Shown here: positions 38,837-63,860 of the stretch, in pieces
Numbering within the stretch: position 1 is the first letter of the stretch
How the letters are laid out: the number at the start of each line of letters is the position of its first letter
Source: the human T2T-CHM13v2.0 reference genome, Homo sapiens
DNA length: 64,000 nt
Assembly: GCF_009914755.1 (NCBI RefSeq)
Contig: NC_060943.1
Direction: 5' to 3' (one strand)
The notes under the pieces: generated by a model
Database searches by the model: none
What the model was told of the DNA's origin: nothing
What the model saw: only the letters and a program-made list of their open reading frames with translations
Translations under genes and position numbers: made by a program

Positions 38837-39349
38837 AAGAAAGAAATTTTAAGAAGAAATTCTAAGTTCTTTTTACAGCATTCAAGACCAACCAAGAAAT
38901 TGCCTCTGCCGCCCTCTACATACTTAATGCTTATTGCTGTCTGCCTTATCATCTATGCTCTGGTAAACAAAAGTAACCTGCTTTTTTGTGACCCCTTTCG
39001 TGGGTATTTTTACTCCCCTCTGACAAGAATGCATTATTTTTTCTCCTTTATCTGAGTCTTTAAGACTCAGCCTACATGTTCCCTCCTCCGGATATTGACT
39101 CTAGATCCGTGAATCTGAGTTAGTGGTTCCTTTTAGAGGACCTCACAAGGAGCCAGGCATCTGTCTATCACTACGTGCCCCCACCCTATTGTAACTAAGC
39201 ACTGCATTCTCACCTCTCTATTCAGGTGGTCCGCAGAGCCCATGTCTGATTGATCTCTATGTCTCCAGCAGCCAGCAAGGAAGCACCTCTTTAGAGACCT
39301 GCACCTATACAATACCTACCACCTTTTATTTCTCGATATGTGAACTCCA

Positions 39350-40015
<666 letters not shown>

Positions 40016-40339
40016 ATAAGTCGAGAATTGAGTTTGACTTAATCATCATATTTGGGCTTGATTGCGTGGCTGAAACTCTTCCCACTTCAGTAATTGTTTC
40101 TTTCATTTTCATGAAACTCTGAAGAAGGAAGGGCTGGACATTCAGATTCCTTGACCCTTGACATTTGGAAGCATGAACTCCAGTCTCTCACAGAAGGCTA
40201 GAGGTGAAGGAACATTCAGACACATTGGTTTCTAAGAAGAGTCCGCTGACAACATACCCAAGGTGTCTTCTGAAAATTATAAGAAATCCTGAGTTTCTGT
40301 TAGGGGATTGGCTCCAGCTCCATTGTCCCTCCCCCATCA

Positions 40340-40424
40340 TTCAGTAGTCTCCGCGAAAGCCCTTAGAGCCGGTGTTGCTCCACAGGAAGCCAAGAAGCAC
40401 ACAGGAAAAGGAGCTTAGCTGCTG
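40340..40424 (+). other. FPR2: FPR2 alternative non-coding first exon A (5' end uncertain)
   Basis: ...GGAAAAGGAGCTTAGCTGCTG|GTAAGT consensus donor; matches recalled FPR2 cDNA leader joined to GTGCTGCTGGCAAGATG. Confidence 0.8.
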
Positions 40425-40806
40425 GTAAGTTGGGGACTGACAATTTAAAATTTATCAATGGAACTCCTGCTCTCTGACAAACACCTCCTAAATTCTAGAG
40501 CAGTGCTGTAATGGAGCATCCACTTGCCACAGGTGGCTTTTGAGTGCCTATGTTTCTATCTTGATCTGAAATGTGCTTAAGTGTAAAATATACTTAGTGT
40601 AGTTTAATCATTAGTATGATCAAAATAATACAATTTATCTCGTTAATAACTTTCATTTTGGTAACGTGTTCCAATGATTTTTTTTATTTGCGGGGTTAAA
40701 TGAAACATATTATTATAATTAATTTCTCCCAATGATTTTACTTTTTTAACATGGCTACTAGAAAGTTGTAAGTCACGTGTGTGGCTGGCATTTAGGGCTT
40801 GCATTA

Positions 40807-40985
<179 letters not shown>

Positions 40986-41009
40986 TCAAAGATAAATAAA
41001 CATGTGAAG

Positions 41010-43720
<2,711 letters not shown>

Positions 43721-43976
43721 TGCAACCCTCGATAATTGTGAAAGTCACTTCCGCTCTCTGAGCCGTACTTTCCTACCTGTTACACAAGGACAGCACTTGT
43801 CCCAAAGCAAGGGTATTGTAATCAGAGATGATAAAATATATAGTGACTGGCACATATTAAGGACTCACCAAATAGCAGACCTCATAATCAGTACAGGTAT
43901 CATCTGTGGTTCGCAGTTCTCCTCCTTACATTACAACTAGGGTGGACCCAAAACTTTGCAATTTTTGCCTTGTTAA

Positions 43977-46411
<2,435 letters not shown>

Positions 46412-47852
46412 TACAATTTTAACAGGCAGCCTGGATGTTTCTGATAAAGTCCACAGACCACGGCATAAGAAAATGTGCTCAGGTGACGTGGGACTTTGTG
46501 TTGAACTGGATACAAATATTACAGATGTGATCCGGACCAGAGGCAGGGACTACATGTTTTGGGTTTTTGTTCTTAAAAGAAAAAAACAAAAACAAAAAAA
46601 CTTGATCTGAGAAGCTCTGAAGGGTCATATTCTTACAATGTTATTGTCCACAATTTAGTCACGTGTCCACTACCAAAGCAATCCCTTGCAAAGTAAAAGG
46701 GATTCTGGTTAGTGCTAATTAGACTAGTCAGGATTTACTCCCAACATGGAGAAAAGACACCTTCTCTGCAGGGTGAGTAACTAAACACAATTGTGGTTTT
46801 TCAAGCAGAGAAGAATGGGGAACCGTTGCTGGGTGGGCAACCAGCAATATCTGTCAAGCGTAAGGGTTTAGAAGTCAGACCATGCCAAACTGAAGTCCTG
46901 AATCTATTATCTACTACCTAAGTGACCTTCAACACATTTCACAATTGCCCTGAGCTTTCATTTATTCTAATGAAAACTAGAAGTAATGAATATTACATAG
47001 CTATTACATAGGCCAAACCGGATCCCATATGTAGTAATTAACACAATGCATAGTCTCTAATAAGAACTTCACAAGTATTAATACAACTTATTATTCTTAT
47101 AGTCTTTATCCCACAGACACCAAAGCTATACAAATCGGCACTGATTATTTGCATTCCAAACAGAGAAGAGCTCCACATCAAGCAGGGACAGGGAAAAGCA
47201 GAGGGTAGAAAGCAGAGATGGAACTCTCTTTGCTGACTTCCTCTAGTGCAGAATCCTCAGGATATAACATACTACTACATGTTACCAGTGACTCCTCAAA
47301 ATTCTCTTCAACAATAACCTCAAGCCAAACCCTCAAACTTTATCTTGAGTACTAGCCAAGCAATAGGTCAAGGGTTCTCACAGTTTGAGGGACAGGAGTT
47401 GGGAGACTGGAAGAACCTGGGGCTGAAAGAGATTGCAGAGCTTGCCAGCATGTTTGCATTGAATGGTGGGAGACACAGATGTGAGCCTTCTGATTCTGAG
47501 TCATGTGCCTTCCTCACAATGCTGAGGCTGCCTATGCTCAATTTTCCATTGTCCATACAACATAAGTTCAGTATGAGCCTTGTAATCCTCTTGGTGAAGT
47601 GATCAGCCCGATAAGCGAAATGCATATTGATAATGATGGGAATATGGAGGACTATCCCTTCCCAAAGGAGCATCCAAGAGAATGCCAATTCTATAGCACC
47701 GTTGTCAACAAGGCTTGGTAGATAGAGTGGGTCTCCTGGTAGGAGTGGGAGCTTTAGTGGAAGTTGATGTGAGCTATAAATACAGATGCTGTAAGATGGT
47801 TCCACAGCTGAGAAATGGCCATTGTTGGAATGTTTCAGGTGCTGCTGGCAAG

Positions 47853-48908
47853 ATGGAAACCAACTTCTCCACTCCTCTGAATGAATATGAAGAAGTGTCC
47901 TATGAGTCTGCTGGCTACACTGTTCTGCGGATCCTCCCATTGGTGGTGCTTGGGGTCACCTTTGTCCTCGGGGTCCTGGGCAATGGGCTTGTGATCTGGG
48001 TGGCTGGATTCCGGATGACACGCACAGTCACCACCATCTGTTACCTGAACCTGGCCCTGGCTGACTTTTCTTTCACGGCCACATTACCATTCCTCATTGT
48101 CTCCATGGCCATGGGAGAAAAATGGCCTTTTGGCTGGTTCCTGTGTAAGTTAATTCACATCGTGGTGGACATCAACCTCTTTGGAAGTGTCTTCTTGATT
48201 GGTTTCATTGCACTGGACCGCTGCATTTGTGTCCTGCATCCAGTCTGGGCCCAGAACCACCGCACTGTGAGTCTGGCCATGAAGGTGATCGTCGGACCTT
48301 GGATTCTTGCTCTAGTCCTTACCTTGCCAGTTTTCCTCTTTTTGACTACAGTAACTATTCCAAATGGGGACACATACTGTACTTTCAACTTTGCATCCTG
48401 GGGTGGCACCCCTGAGGAGAGGCTGAAGGTGGCCATTACCATGCTGACAGCCAGAGGGATTATCCGGTTTGTCATTGGCTTTAGCTTGCCGATGTCCATT
48501 GTTGCCATCTGCTATGGGCTCATTGCAGCCAAGATCCACAAAAAGGGCATGATTAAATCCAGCCGTCCCTTACGGGTCCTCACTGCTGTGGTGGCTTCTT
48601 TCTTCATCTGTTGGTTTCCCTTTCAACTGGTTGCCCTTCTGGGCACCGTCTGGCTCAAAGAGATGTTGTTCTATGGCAAGTACAAAATCATTGACATCCT
48701 GGTTAACCCAACGAGCTCCCTGGCCTTCTTCAACAGCTGCCTCAACCCCATGCTTTACGTCTTTGTGGGCCAAGACTTCCGAGAGAGACTGATCCACTCC
48801 CTGCCCACCAGTCTGGAGAGGGCCCTGTCTGAGGACTCAGCCCCAACTAATGACACGGCTGCCAATTCTGCTTCACCTCCTGCAGAGACTGAGTTACAGG
48901 CAATGTGA
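47853..48908 (+). CDS. FPR2: N-formyl peptide receptor 2 / ALX (class A GPCR, 351 aa, intronless CDS)
   Basis: [23 protein letters not shown]-terminus; DRC and NPMLY motifs; acceptor TTTCAG|GTGCTGCTGGCAAG ATG with exon starting at 47839. Confidence 0.99.
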
Positions 48909-49224
48909 GGATGGGGTCAGGGATATTTTGAGTTCTGTTCATCCTACCCTAATGCCAGTTCCAGCTTCATCTACCCTTGAGTCATATTGAGGCATTCAAG
49001 GATGCACAGCTCAAGTATTTATTCAGGAAAAATGCTTTTGTGTCCCTGATTTGGGGCTAAGAAATAGACAGTCAGGCTACTAAAATATTAGTGTTATTTT
49101 TTGTTTTTTGACTTCTGCCTATACCCTGGGGTAAGTGGAGTTGGGAAATACAAGAAGAGAAAGACCAGTGGGGATTTGTAAGACTTAGATGAGATAGCGC
49201 ATAATAAGGGGAAGACTTTAAAGT

Positions 49225-49900
49225 ATAAAGTAAAATGTTTGCTGTAGGTTTTTTATAGCTATTAAAAAAAATCAGATTATGGAAGTTTTCTTCTATTTTT
49301 AGTTTGCTAAGAGTTTTCTGTTTCTTTTTCTTACATCATGAGTGGACTTTGCATTTTATCAAATGCATTTTCTACATGTATTAAGATGGTCATATTATTC
49401 TTCTTCTTTTATGTAAATCATTATAAATAATGTTCATTAAGTTCTGAATGTTAAACTACTCTTGAATTCCTGGAATAAACCACACTTAGTCCTGATGTAC
49501 TTTAAATATTTATATCTCACAGGAGTTGGTTAGAATTTCTGTGTTTATGTTTATATACTGTTATTTCACTTTTTCTACTATCCTTGCTAAGTTTTCATAG
49601 AAAATAAGGAACAAAGAGAAACTTGTAATGGTCTCTGAAAAGGAATTGAGAAGTAATTCCTCTGATTCTGTTTTCTGGTGTTATATCTTTATTAAATATT
49701 CAGAAAAATTCACCAGTGAAGCCAACTTGGTCTTGTGTTTTCTTTCTGGGAAGATTTTTAATAACAAGTTTGTTTTCTTTAACAGTGATTAGACTCTTCT
49801 GTTTTTTGGTTTTTTGTTTTTTCCTATCTGTCAGTTTTGGTAAACTGAATTTCAAGGAGTTTGGCCATTTCATTCAAACTGTCAAACTCATCGGCATAAA
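49225..49900 (-). mobile_element. Old L1M fragment (antisense) overlapping the probable distal FPR2 3' UTR; poly(A) hexamers ATTAAA 49261, AATAAA 49474, ATTAAA 49691
   Basis: ATGTTTGCTGTAGGTTTTT..AGTTTGCTAAGAGTTTT..TTTTATCAAATGCATTTTCT resembles antisense L1 ORF2; compare the similar L1 text at 55220-55350. Confidence 0.65.
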
Positions 49901-49919
49901 ATAGTATAATAACTGTTTA

Positions 49920-50270
<351 letters not shown>

Positions 50271-51689
50271 TTATTAATTTCTGATTTTTGTTCTTCTTGT
50301 TGTTATTATCCTAGAGCACAGCCTTTGGAGATACAGTTTCTTTTAAACAACGAAAATGTAAGCTCTCTGAAGTCAGGGATTTTGGTCTGTATGGTTTGCT
50401 GATTGAACCCCATCCTCTATGTGTAAAATACTGTCTGATATGTAATAGACATTCATTAAATACTCATTGAATAAATGAATCAATAAACAATAGTATCACC
50501 TAGGTGTCAAGTGAGAAGTTTTAATGTCAAATCAAAATTATCTCCAACCCTTATTACATGAACCAGACCATGTCCAGTAAACACCCATCCTCAAGCACAC
50601 AATATTTAGAAATACTCATGTGGCTTACTTTTTCATCAATTTCTGGTTTTGAGCTTCTGCTTTAAGGAAAGTACCATGGCTAACTGTTGCCTCACGCCTT
50701 TGTTTTGAAATAAATCAACCCACAAAGGTACTCAGCCCTTTACTTTGCTTACAGGAAATGACCACTCAGAAATGGTCCTTCGGTGCGGAACATACTTTCC
50801 GGATGCACTGGCAAAAGACAGAACTCTACACGAATATGAGGCAGTCCTGTTATCAGCGTCCTCACTCACTCCACCGCTTCTCCCTTTCCCTCCTGTTTCC
50901 CCTAAAGTTATTTACATTTCCAACATTTCCAAAACAGAGAAGTTTACTTAGTTCATTTGCATTCTTGACTCCTATAAATGCTTTCCAGTTCCTAAGAAAA
51001 GTATACCCTTTAATGCCCGACTAAGTTGTGGCCATAGAAAATAAGGAACAAAGAGAAAACGCAAGAAGGAGAAACCTGGAGCCAAGAACAGCATATGACC
51101 TTGAAACAGGAGAACCACGGCTTCTAGACTGGCTAGTTAACAGCCTTCCTCCACTGCCAGGACAGAGGAGTCTTACTTTCCTTCCCACTGGCCTTGGTTA
51201 ATTGCACTGGAACAGTGCCTGCTGCATCCTCCCCATTTTTCTTTTCTTCATTGGAAGTTGCCATTGTGGATTCTCAGTTCCAATTGCACCCTTGTGTACT
51301 GGGGTCTTCAGAAGCTGAGGATTCTTGGTGTTTATGGGACATTCACCACCAATAAACATTTCTAGACTTGCTCGAATCTGGAAGTCCAAAATAAAACTCT
51401 GGGGATAGTGTCCATGGGAAGAACAGGACCACTTTTTCTGTTTGGGGAGAAGAGTGTAGAGACTGTTGAGTACCCAAAGGCGTAAGCTCCCCTGGAGACT
51501 GCCAGCTGCCTACCCAATATTCTTCCCCCTACTTTATTAACAAATGTGGGCAGCAATTCATTCAGCTAAAATAATCCTTTTCTCAGTCATCCTTCCAGCT
51601 AGGTGTGGGTAAATTCTAGGCAGTAAGATACAAAAATAGTATCACATTAGTACATAAGGGGCTGCCTCATTATTTTATTAACATAGTGT

Positions 51690-55640
<3,951 letters not shown>

Positions 55641-55849
55641 AAAGTCCTCCTTCTGTGTCTGTATTCTCAAAGTTCCTCATTCTTTTTAATTTTTGCATTG
55701 TATTTTATTGGATGAATGTAACAAAATTTAATCTGACCAAATTGCTTTTGATCTTTTGCTCATTACAAAAAAAAAGCTACAATGAATACCTGTGCACACA
55801 CACATTCCTTTGCATGACTGTGTGTTTGTCTATAGAAAAAAATTACAAT

Positions 55850-56440
55850 AGTTTGTAACCTAAGTGTCTATCAACAGATGAATGAACAAAAAAAAATTGT
55901 TCATATACATAATGGAGTACTATTCTGCCATGAAAAATAATGAGACTCTGTCATTTGCAACAACATGGATGGAACTGGAGGTCATTATGTTAAGTGAAAT
56001 GGATCAGGCACAGAAAGACAAACTTTGTATGTTCTCACTTATTTGTGGGAGCTAAAAATCAAAACAATTGAACTCATGGAGATAGAGAATAGAAGGATGG
56101 TTACCAGAAATTGGGAAGGGTGGCAGGAGTCGGGGGAGAAGTGGGGATGGTTAATGCGTACAAAAAGAACAGAAAGAATGAATGAAACCTAGTATTCAAA
56201 GGCACAATAGAGTGAATATAGTCAATGATAAGTTAATTATATATTTTTTAAAAACTAAAAGAGTATAACTGGATTCTTTATAATCCAAAGGACGAATATT
56301 TGAGGGAATGGATACTCTATTTTCTATGATGTGATTATTACACATTGCATGCCTGATATCAAAGTATCTCATGTACCCCATAAATATATACAACTACTAT
56401 GTACTATGTACCGACAAAAATTAAAAATTAAAAAAAGTAA
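55850..56440 (+). mobile_element. L1MA 3' end
   Basis: CTGTCATTTGCAACAACATGGATGGAACTGGAGGTCATTATG..., A-rich tail. Confidence 0.8.
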
Positions 56441-56701
56441 TACTAAAAAAGATCGTTTGTAATTTAGTTGATTTCTCTGCTCTTATCTACTATCAGAGCT
56501 ATAAAGCCCATTGCCACATCTTAGGAAGACAACTTTTCTGAAAAACAAATAGTGATCTATTTCTTGACATGAGTGGGAGTACATGAGCATTTTGTTTTAC
56601 ACAAATATATTAATCTTCACGTTTATCTTTTTCTCATTGTGTGTGTTTGTGTGTGGGGTGGTTGTTATAGTCCACATTTTAAAAGCTAAGAGAAATAAGT
56701 C

Positions 56702-58044
<1,343 letters not shown>

Positions 58045-58844
58045 TGATTCCCCTGCTTTCTAGCAGTTGAATAAATACTCTTTTAACTAGAGGACATAAT
58101 AAGAACTAATATTAGACCATGAGAATTAGAACTAATATTACCTCTTGGAAACACGGATATATCTTTATGGTCCACACCATAGAACAAATGGTCTTTTTTA
58201 TATGCGGTGGTAACACAGCCATTGGGAGGGAAACATGGGGAGAAGTCCTAGTTAGGAAAGCAAATTTGGAGAGTGAGGCTGTGATCGTGAAATCACAGGT
58301 GTGGACAAGCTAAGCTGTCAATACTTTGTTCTTCTGAAAGAAGAGGTTCTCAGCAACAGTGAACAGAATTAATAATTTATCAGAAAAAAGTCCCCCATGC
58401 CCTTTACACCTCAATTCTTACCACAAATAGCAAACCAACTAAATCTGGATCTGATTTTTGTATGTACACACAAAGCACATAACAGTTACTGAGAAACACA
58501 GTGAAAGAGGAAGGACAACCTCTGATACAAAAAGAGCCAATATCGCCTCCAAAAACTATGTCCCTTACTCTCCCTCCCTCAGGTCCTAACACTAACTTCC
58601 TGTCCCAATTTGTAGGGAAGTAGGTGCTCAATGGTTCCTCTTGCCCAGTGTGTTCTCTTCCAGTTGAAATGGCAATCTAGGCATAAAGTTTGGAAGATAG
58701 AGTCAAAGAATTAACTACTAATGATGGAGATTTTGTGAGACCCACACAGAGTTGGGAGGCTTGCTGGTTGATAAAACTCCTGGCAATTCATAATGTTTCA
58801 CCTATTCTAAGTCACACTTGAGCTAATATTATACCAGGTTGTCC

Positions 58845-59370
58845 CTGTGTTAGTTATCTATTGCTGCAGGCAAATCACCCTCAAAACATGGCTTAAAACA
58901 ATAGTAATCTAATTTACTATCTGTTACAATTTCTCTGGGTCAGGAATTTGGAAGTTTCTGGCTTGAGTGTTTCTGGATTGAAATCTCTCATGAGTTTGTA
59001 GTCAGATGTGAGCTGAGGCTGCAATTATCTGAAGGCTTGACTGAGGCTAGAAAATTCACTTCCAGGTGACATAATCCCATAGATAATGAGTTGTTGCTGG
59101 AAAGTTGCTTCCTCACCACAGAACTGCTGGAGTAGTCTCATAACGTGGCTGATGGTATCTCCCAGGATGAGTGATCTGAGGGGGAAAGCGTTAAATGGAA
59201 GTTTCATTCTTTTTATGAACTACACTTGGAAGGGATATAGCATTACTTCTGCCATACTCCATTGGTCAGGGCAGTCACAAGTCCTGGTCCAGATTGAAGA
59301 GGAGGGGGAAAAAATCCTCACTTCTCTGTGGAAGGAGTGGGAGGAGTGTGAATTACCTGTACAGACAACA
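58845..59370 (-). mobile_element. Old MLT1-type LTR
   Basis: TGTGTTAGTTATCTATTGCTGC...GGGTCAGGAATTTGG...TCTGAAGGCTTGACTG motifs. Confidence 0.65.
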
Positions 59371-59744
59371 TGTGGGATGAGATAAATATGTAACATAGAT
59401 ATCAGTGGAAAATATAGTCTGCCACTGTCTCTAGAGATCATTCTAGATAGTCAAATCACGGTAAACATTTTACCAGTCACGATGGGTATCTAGACTATGG
59501 GAATAGGAATGTAATTTCAAGCCCAGTTTTAAGAAAGGGCAAGATTTTAAAAATTTATATAGGTTATGCTGTTGTACATCAAGTACAATTTCTTCCCAGT
59601 TGGCACCTCCTATCCCGTTCTTGTTACAGTCAAAAAACCATAAGAGGAAGTAGATACATTCAGAGAAATCTAGTTTCTATCCTTGATCATTCTAACATGT
59701 TTCCTGCTTCTACAGTTTCAGTGGCAGGAACAGAAGCTGTTCCT

Positions 59745-61619
59745 GGGATCAGCAACATGGACTTTGACTTGCCAAGGCCAATCTGGCTACACTCACTGCT
59801 GAGTGCCCAATCTGCCCACAGCAGAGATGGACACTGAGTCCCTGATATGGCACCATTCCCTGGGTAATCACCCAGCTCCCCAGTGGCAGGTTGAACACAC
59901 TGGACCACTTCCCTTGTGGGAGAAGCAGAGCCTCGTTTTTATCGGGATAGATGTTAACTCTGAACATGAATGTGCTTTCTCTGTACATAATGCTTCTGCC
60001 AAAACTATCATCTGTGGACTTACAGAATGCCTTGTCCATCATCATGGCATTCCATACAGCATTGGTTTGATTGTGGGATTAAATTCACAGCAAATAAACT
60101 GTGGCAATGGGTCCACACTCTGGAATTCACTGGTCCTACCATATTGTCCATTTTGAGTAGCCGGCTTGAAGGAATGGTAGGATGACCTTTTGAAGACTTA
60201 CCCAAGTACCAGCTAGCAGGCAATACCTTGCAGGGCTGGAGCAATATCCTTTAGGAAGCTATACATACTCTAAATCAGCACTCAGTGTATGGTGCTCTCT
60301 CTCCCATAACTAGAATCCAAGGATCCAGGAATGAAGGGGTAGAAATGGGAATTGTATCACTCATTATTACCTTTAGTGATCCACTAGAAAAATTTCTGCT
60401 TCCCATCCTCATGACCTTATGCTGTGTTGGCTCAGAGGTCTTGGTTCCAAAGGAAGAAATGTATCCACCCAGCGACACAACAATGTTTCTACTGAACTGG
60501 AAGGTACCACTGCCCATCACTACTTTGGGCTCCTCTTGCTCTGAATCAGCAGGCAAAGAAGGGAGTTACTGTATGGATGGGGTGACTGATCCTGGCTACT
60601 AAGAAGGAAATTGGTATGCTACTATATTATATAGAGATAATGAAGAACATGTCTGGAATATGACAGACCCATTAGGGCAGCTCTGAGTACCACCTTGTTT
60701 TGTTATTAAAGTCCATGTAAAACCACAGCTCTATCAAGCAGGACTGTAATGCCCCAGATCTTTCAGGAATGAAGGTTTGGGTTTCCCCACTAGGCACAGA
60801 TGATGACCAACTGAGGTACTAGTTGAGGGAAAATGGAAAATGGATTGAGGAGTGAAAGATGGTAGTTATAAATACTACCATGATCGCAGAATCAGTTACA
60901 GAAGTGAAGACTATCATTTTAATGAATATTTCTTATTTTGTCATGAACAAATTTGTGTGTTTCAAAAATTTTTGTTTTCTTTCCTCTTTTGTCTCATTAT
61001 CACATAACATAAAATGTATTAATAATAGGTAATTTTAAATCATGGTGTTTATATTAGAGGAGATCAAAAAGAAGAGAGAAGGCTGGGTGTGGTGGCTCAC
61101 GCCTATAATCCCAGCACTTTGGGAGGCCAAGGCGGGTAGGTCACTTGAGGTCAGTAGTTTGAGAACAGCCTGGCCAATGTGATAAAACCCCGTCTCCACT
61201 AAAAACATAAAAAGTAGCCTGGTGTGGTGCTGTGCACCTATAATCCCAGCTACTTGGGATGCTGAGGCAGGAGAATCCCTTGAACTCAGGATGCGGAGGT
61301 TGCAGTGAGGTGACATTGCACCACTGCACTGCAGCCTGGACAAAGAAAAAGAAGAAGAGGAAGAGGAAGAGGAGGAGGAGGAGAAGTATAGGAGGAGGAG
61401 GAGGGGAAGGGGAAGAGGAAGACGAAGGAGAAGGAGGAGAAGAAGAAACATCACCCAAGGACTCTGCATCCTCTTCTGGAGAAAGAGTCAGTGCATTTTT
61501 GGCTATAAGGAAGATAGGTGTATCATGTTAGGAGGAAGGAGGACTTTGTTCTTACCTTTCTTTGGAAAATAAACATGATTTAAGGAAACGTGTATGGGTG
61601 ACTGGATGACAAGAATGGA
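59745..61619 (+). mobile_element. ERV-L internal remnant (degenerate integrase and downstream dUTPase region), with Alu 61081-61345 and GA-rich tail
   Basis: Translations TAECPIC, WQVEHTGPLP, GID, NASAKTIICGLTECLVHHHGIPYSI and YGALSPITRIQGSRNEGVEMG match ERV-L pol; stops and frameshifts present. Confidence 0.85.
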
Positions 61620-62012
61620 CTGTGAGGGTTAGCTTTGTGTGTCAATGCGGCTAGGCTATAGTGTCCTCCTCATCAAAAATTATTATAGATGTTGCAGTGA
61701 ATTTCTTTTCAGATATGATGAACATTTACTACCAACTGACTTTAAGTAAAGCAGACTAAACTTTATAATATGAATGAGCCTGAAACAAAAAATTGAGAAA
61801 TTTTAAGAGCAGAACCAAGGTTTCCATGAAGAAGAAGAAACTCTCTGTGGACTGAAGCATCAACTACAGCCTGGGAGTTTCCAGCCTTCCCTTCCTGATG
61901 GTCTGCCCTATGGATTTCAGACTTACTGAGCCAGCTTCCAAAGTCTCATAAACCAATAAATCTCATATATATATATAAGTTCTATTTACCTGGTAGAACC
62001 CTGACTGATATA
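61620..62012 (+). mobile_element. MLT2-type LTR (3' LTR of the ERV-L remnant)
   Basis: TGTGAGGGTTAGCTTTGTGTGTCAA...AGAACCCTGACTGATATA preceded by a PPT-like GACAAGAATGGAC. Confidence 0.75.
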
Positions 62013-62446
62013 TGTTTTCAGTGCTTTCCCCCCAGAGAGGTGGGAAAAAAGGTCTACTGCTCTGTAAAAAACCGAACATAATTATTATTGCTTTAAAATT
62101 CCTCATTTGATTCTTTATCATCTGACATCCCAGGTACTTACACTAATTATTTTTATTTATCTATGGAAACTCTGTAATTATGAACTGTGTTTTGAAACGC
62201 CAATAATATCTACTTAATTTCTCATTGAAATAAGGCTTTATATTTTGCTCTATTTAAAAACTGTCATATTACTTTTATCGCTTCTGTACTTTCTATTAAA
62301 AATCACATATTCTGAGAAAAAACAGAGGAATGATAAAACATTAACTAATATAAATGAGTAGGTATTGAGAGGAAGAGATGGAGGTGGTCTCTCTTTTTCT
62401 CTCTCTCTCTCTACTGTATCATTAAATTTTTTGTTATTGCCATCAG

Positions 62447-62563
62447 CATATATATATGTATATATATGTGTATATATGTATATATATGTGTATATATGTA
62501 TATATGTGTATATATGTGTGTATATATGCATATATGTGTATATATATGTATATATATGTATAT
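62447..62563. repeat. (TA)n/(TATG)n compound microsatellite
   Basis: Read directly. Confidence 0.95.
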
Positions 62564-62639
62564 AAAATATGTTCTCTAATCTAACTGAAAAAAAAAAACT
62601 CTGTAGCACAAACCTCCTTCTGAACGTTACAACCAATCT

Positions 62640-63860
62640 CTGTTCTCCTTGACAGCAAATACAAGGGCCACTACCACTTCAGTTCTCTACTTCCTCATTT
62701 CACATTTTCACAACAACCCATTCTATATGGGTTCCTTTCCTGATTACTGCACCAGGACTACTCTTATTATGGATAACAGTGACATCTGTTGCCATGTTAC
62801 CGCACTGCAGGTTCAGACATTTGGTGCTTGGCTAAGAATCCAATGGGGGGAAATCTACCATCTCTCAGGTAACAGTGGAATCTTATGCCCCTAAGCATAT
62901 ATGACTCAGTTGACCAGTCCTTTCATCTTTGAATAGATAATGTTCCTGGTGACATCACTCGTGTTTGGTTTCCCTCCCACCTCAGTGACTTCTCTTTCTC
63001 AATTTCCTTGATTGGCCCTTTTCTGACTTTTAAATATTGGTGTACCCAAGGGCCCAATTCTAGACCCCCTCACCTATTTGTGTCAATGTAGTCATCCTAG
63101 GTAATTTGTCCCTATAACTTGAAATCCCACCTGTCCATTGATGACCCCTCCCAAATCTCCATCATAATCCACAACCTCTTCTCAGAAGAAGTCCTGACTG
63201 GTATCTACCTCCCTCCTCTGCATTTCCACTTGAAAATCTAACTGAAGTATTTTATGTGGCATGACCAAAACAGAACTATCAATCTGATTCTTCCCAAGAA
63301 ACTGATTGCCATGTTTTCCACATCATTTCCAATTTTAGAAAAAGTCACCACCCTCTACCTAATATCTTAAGTACCAAATATGAGTTATTCCTGATTCTTT
63401 TACTGTCATCCATCACCAAATCACATTGACTCTATGTCAGAAACATCGATCAAATCTGTGTGTTTCTTTTCTATGCACTGCTATCACGTGACTCCAATCC
63501 ACCTCCATCTGGATGACTGTAATAGTCTCCTAATTCTTCTTTCTGCTTCCACTCTTGCTTTGTAGCAATCCATCTTTACAAACCTTTTTCATAGTGTAAG
63601 CATCATCATGCTCCTCCCCTGATTAACACCCTATAATAGCTGTCTATTGCACTAATAAAACAAACATTTAAAGCCTTTCTCTAGGAAAGCCTCATATTAT
63701 CTGGTTCTTGCGTATTCTCTCATGTCATGTTTCTTCTCACTTATTATGATGTAACTACACTAGTAGTATTTTTATTTCTCAAACACACCAAGCTTACTCT
63801 TGTCTCACAGTCTTTGTACTAACCACTCCTCTGCCTGGAATATTTCTTCTCTTGAACTTC
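62640..63860 (+). mobile_element. L2 LINE remnant
   Basis: Degenerate L2 motifs (GTGTACCCAAGGGCCCAATTCTAGACCCC; CTGGATGACTGTAATAGTCTCCTAA). Confidence 0.6.

Noticed and set aside
47715-47852. 397-aa ORF suggesting a 46-aa longer FPR2
   Set aside because: It starts at a non-ATG codon and runs through intron sequence upstream of the acceptor at 47838/47839. The canonical start is 47853; the ATG at 47796 is kept only as a low-confidence finding.
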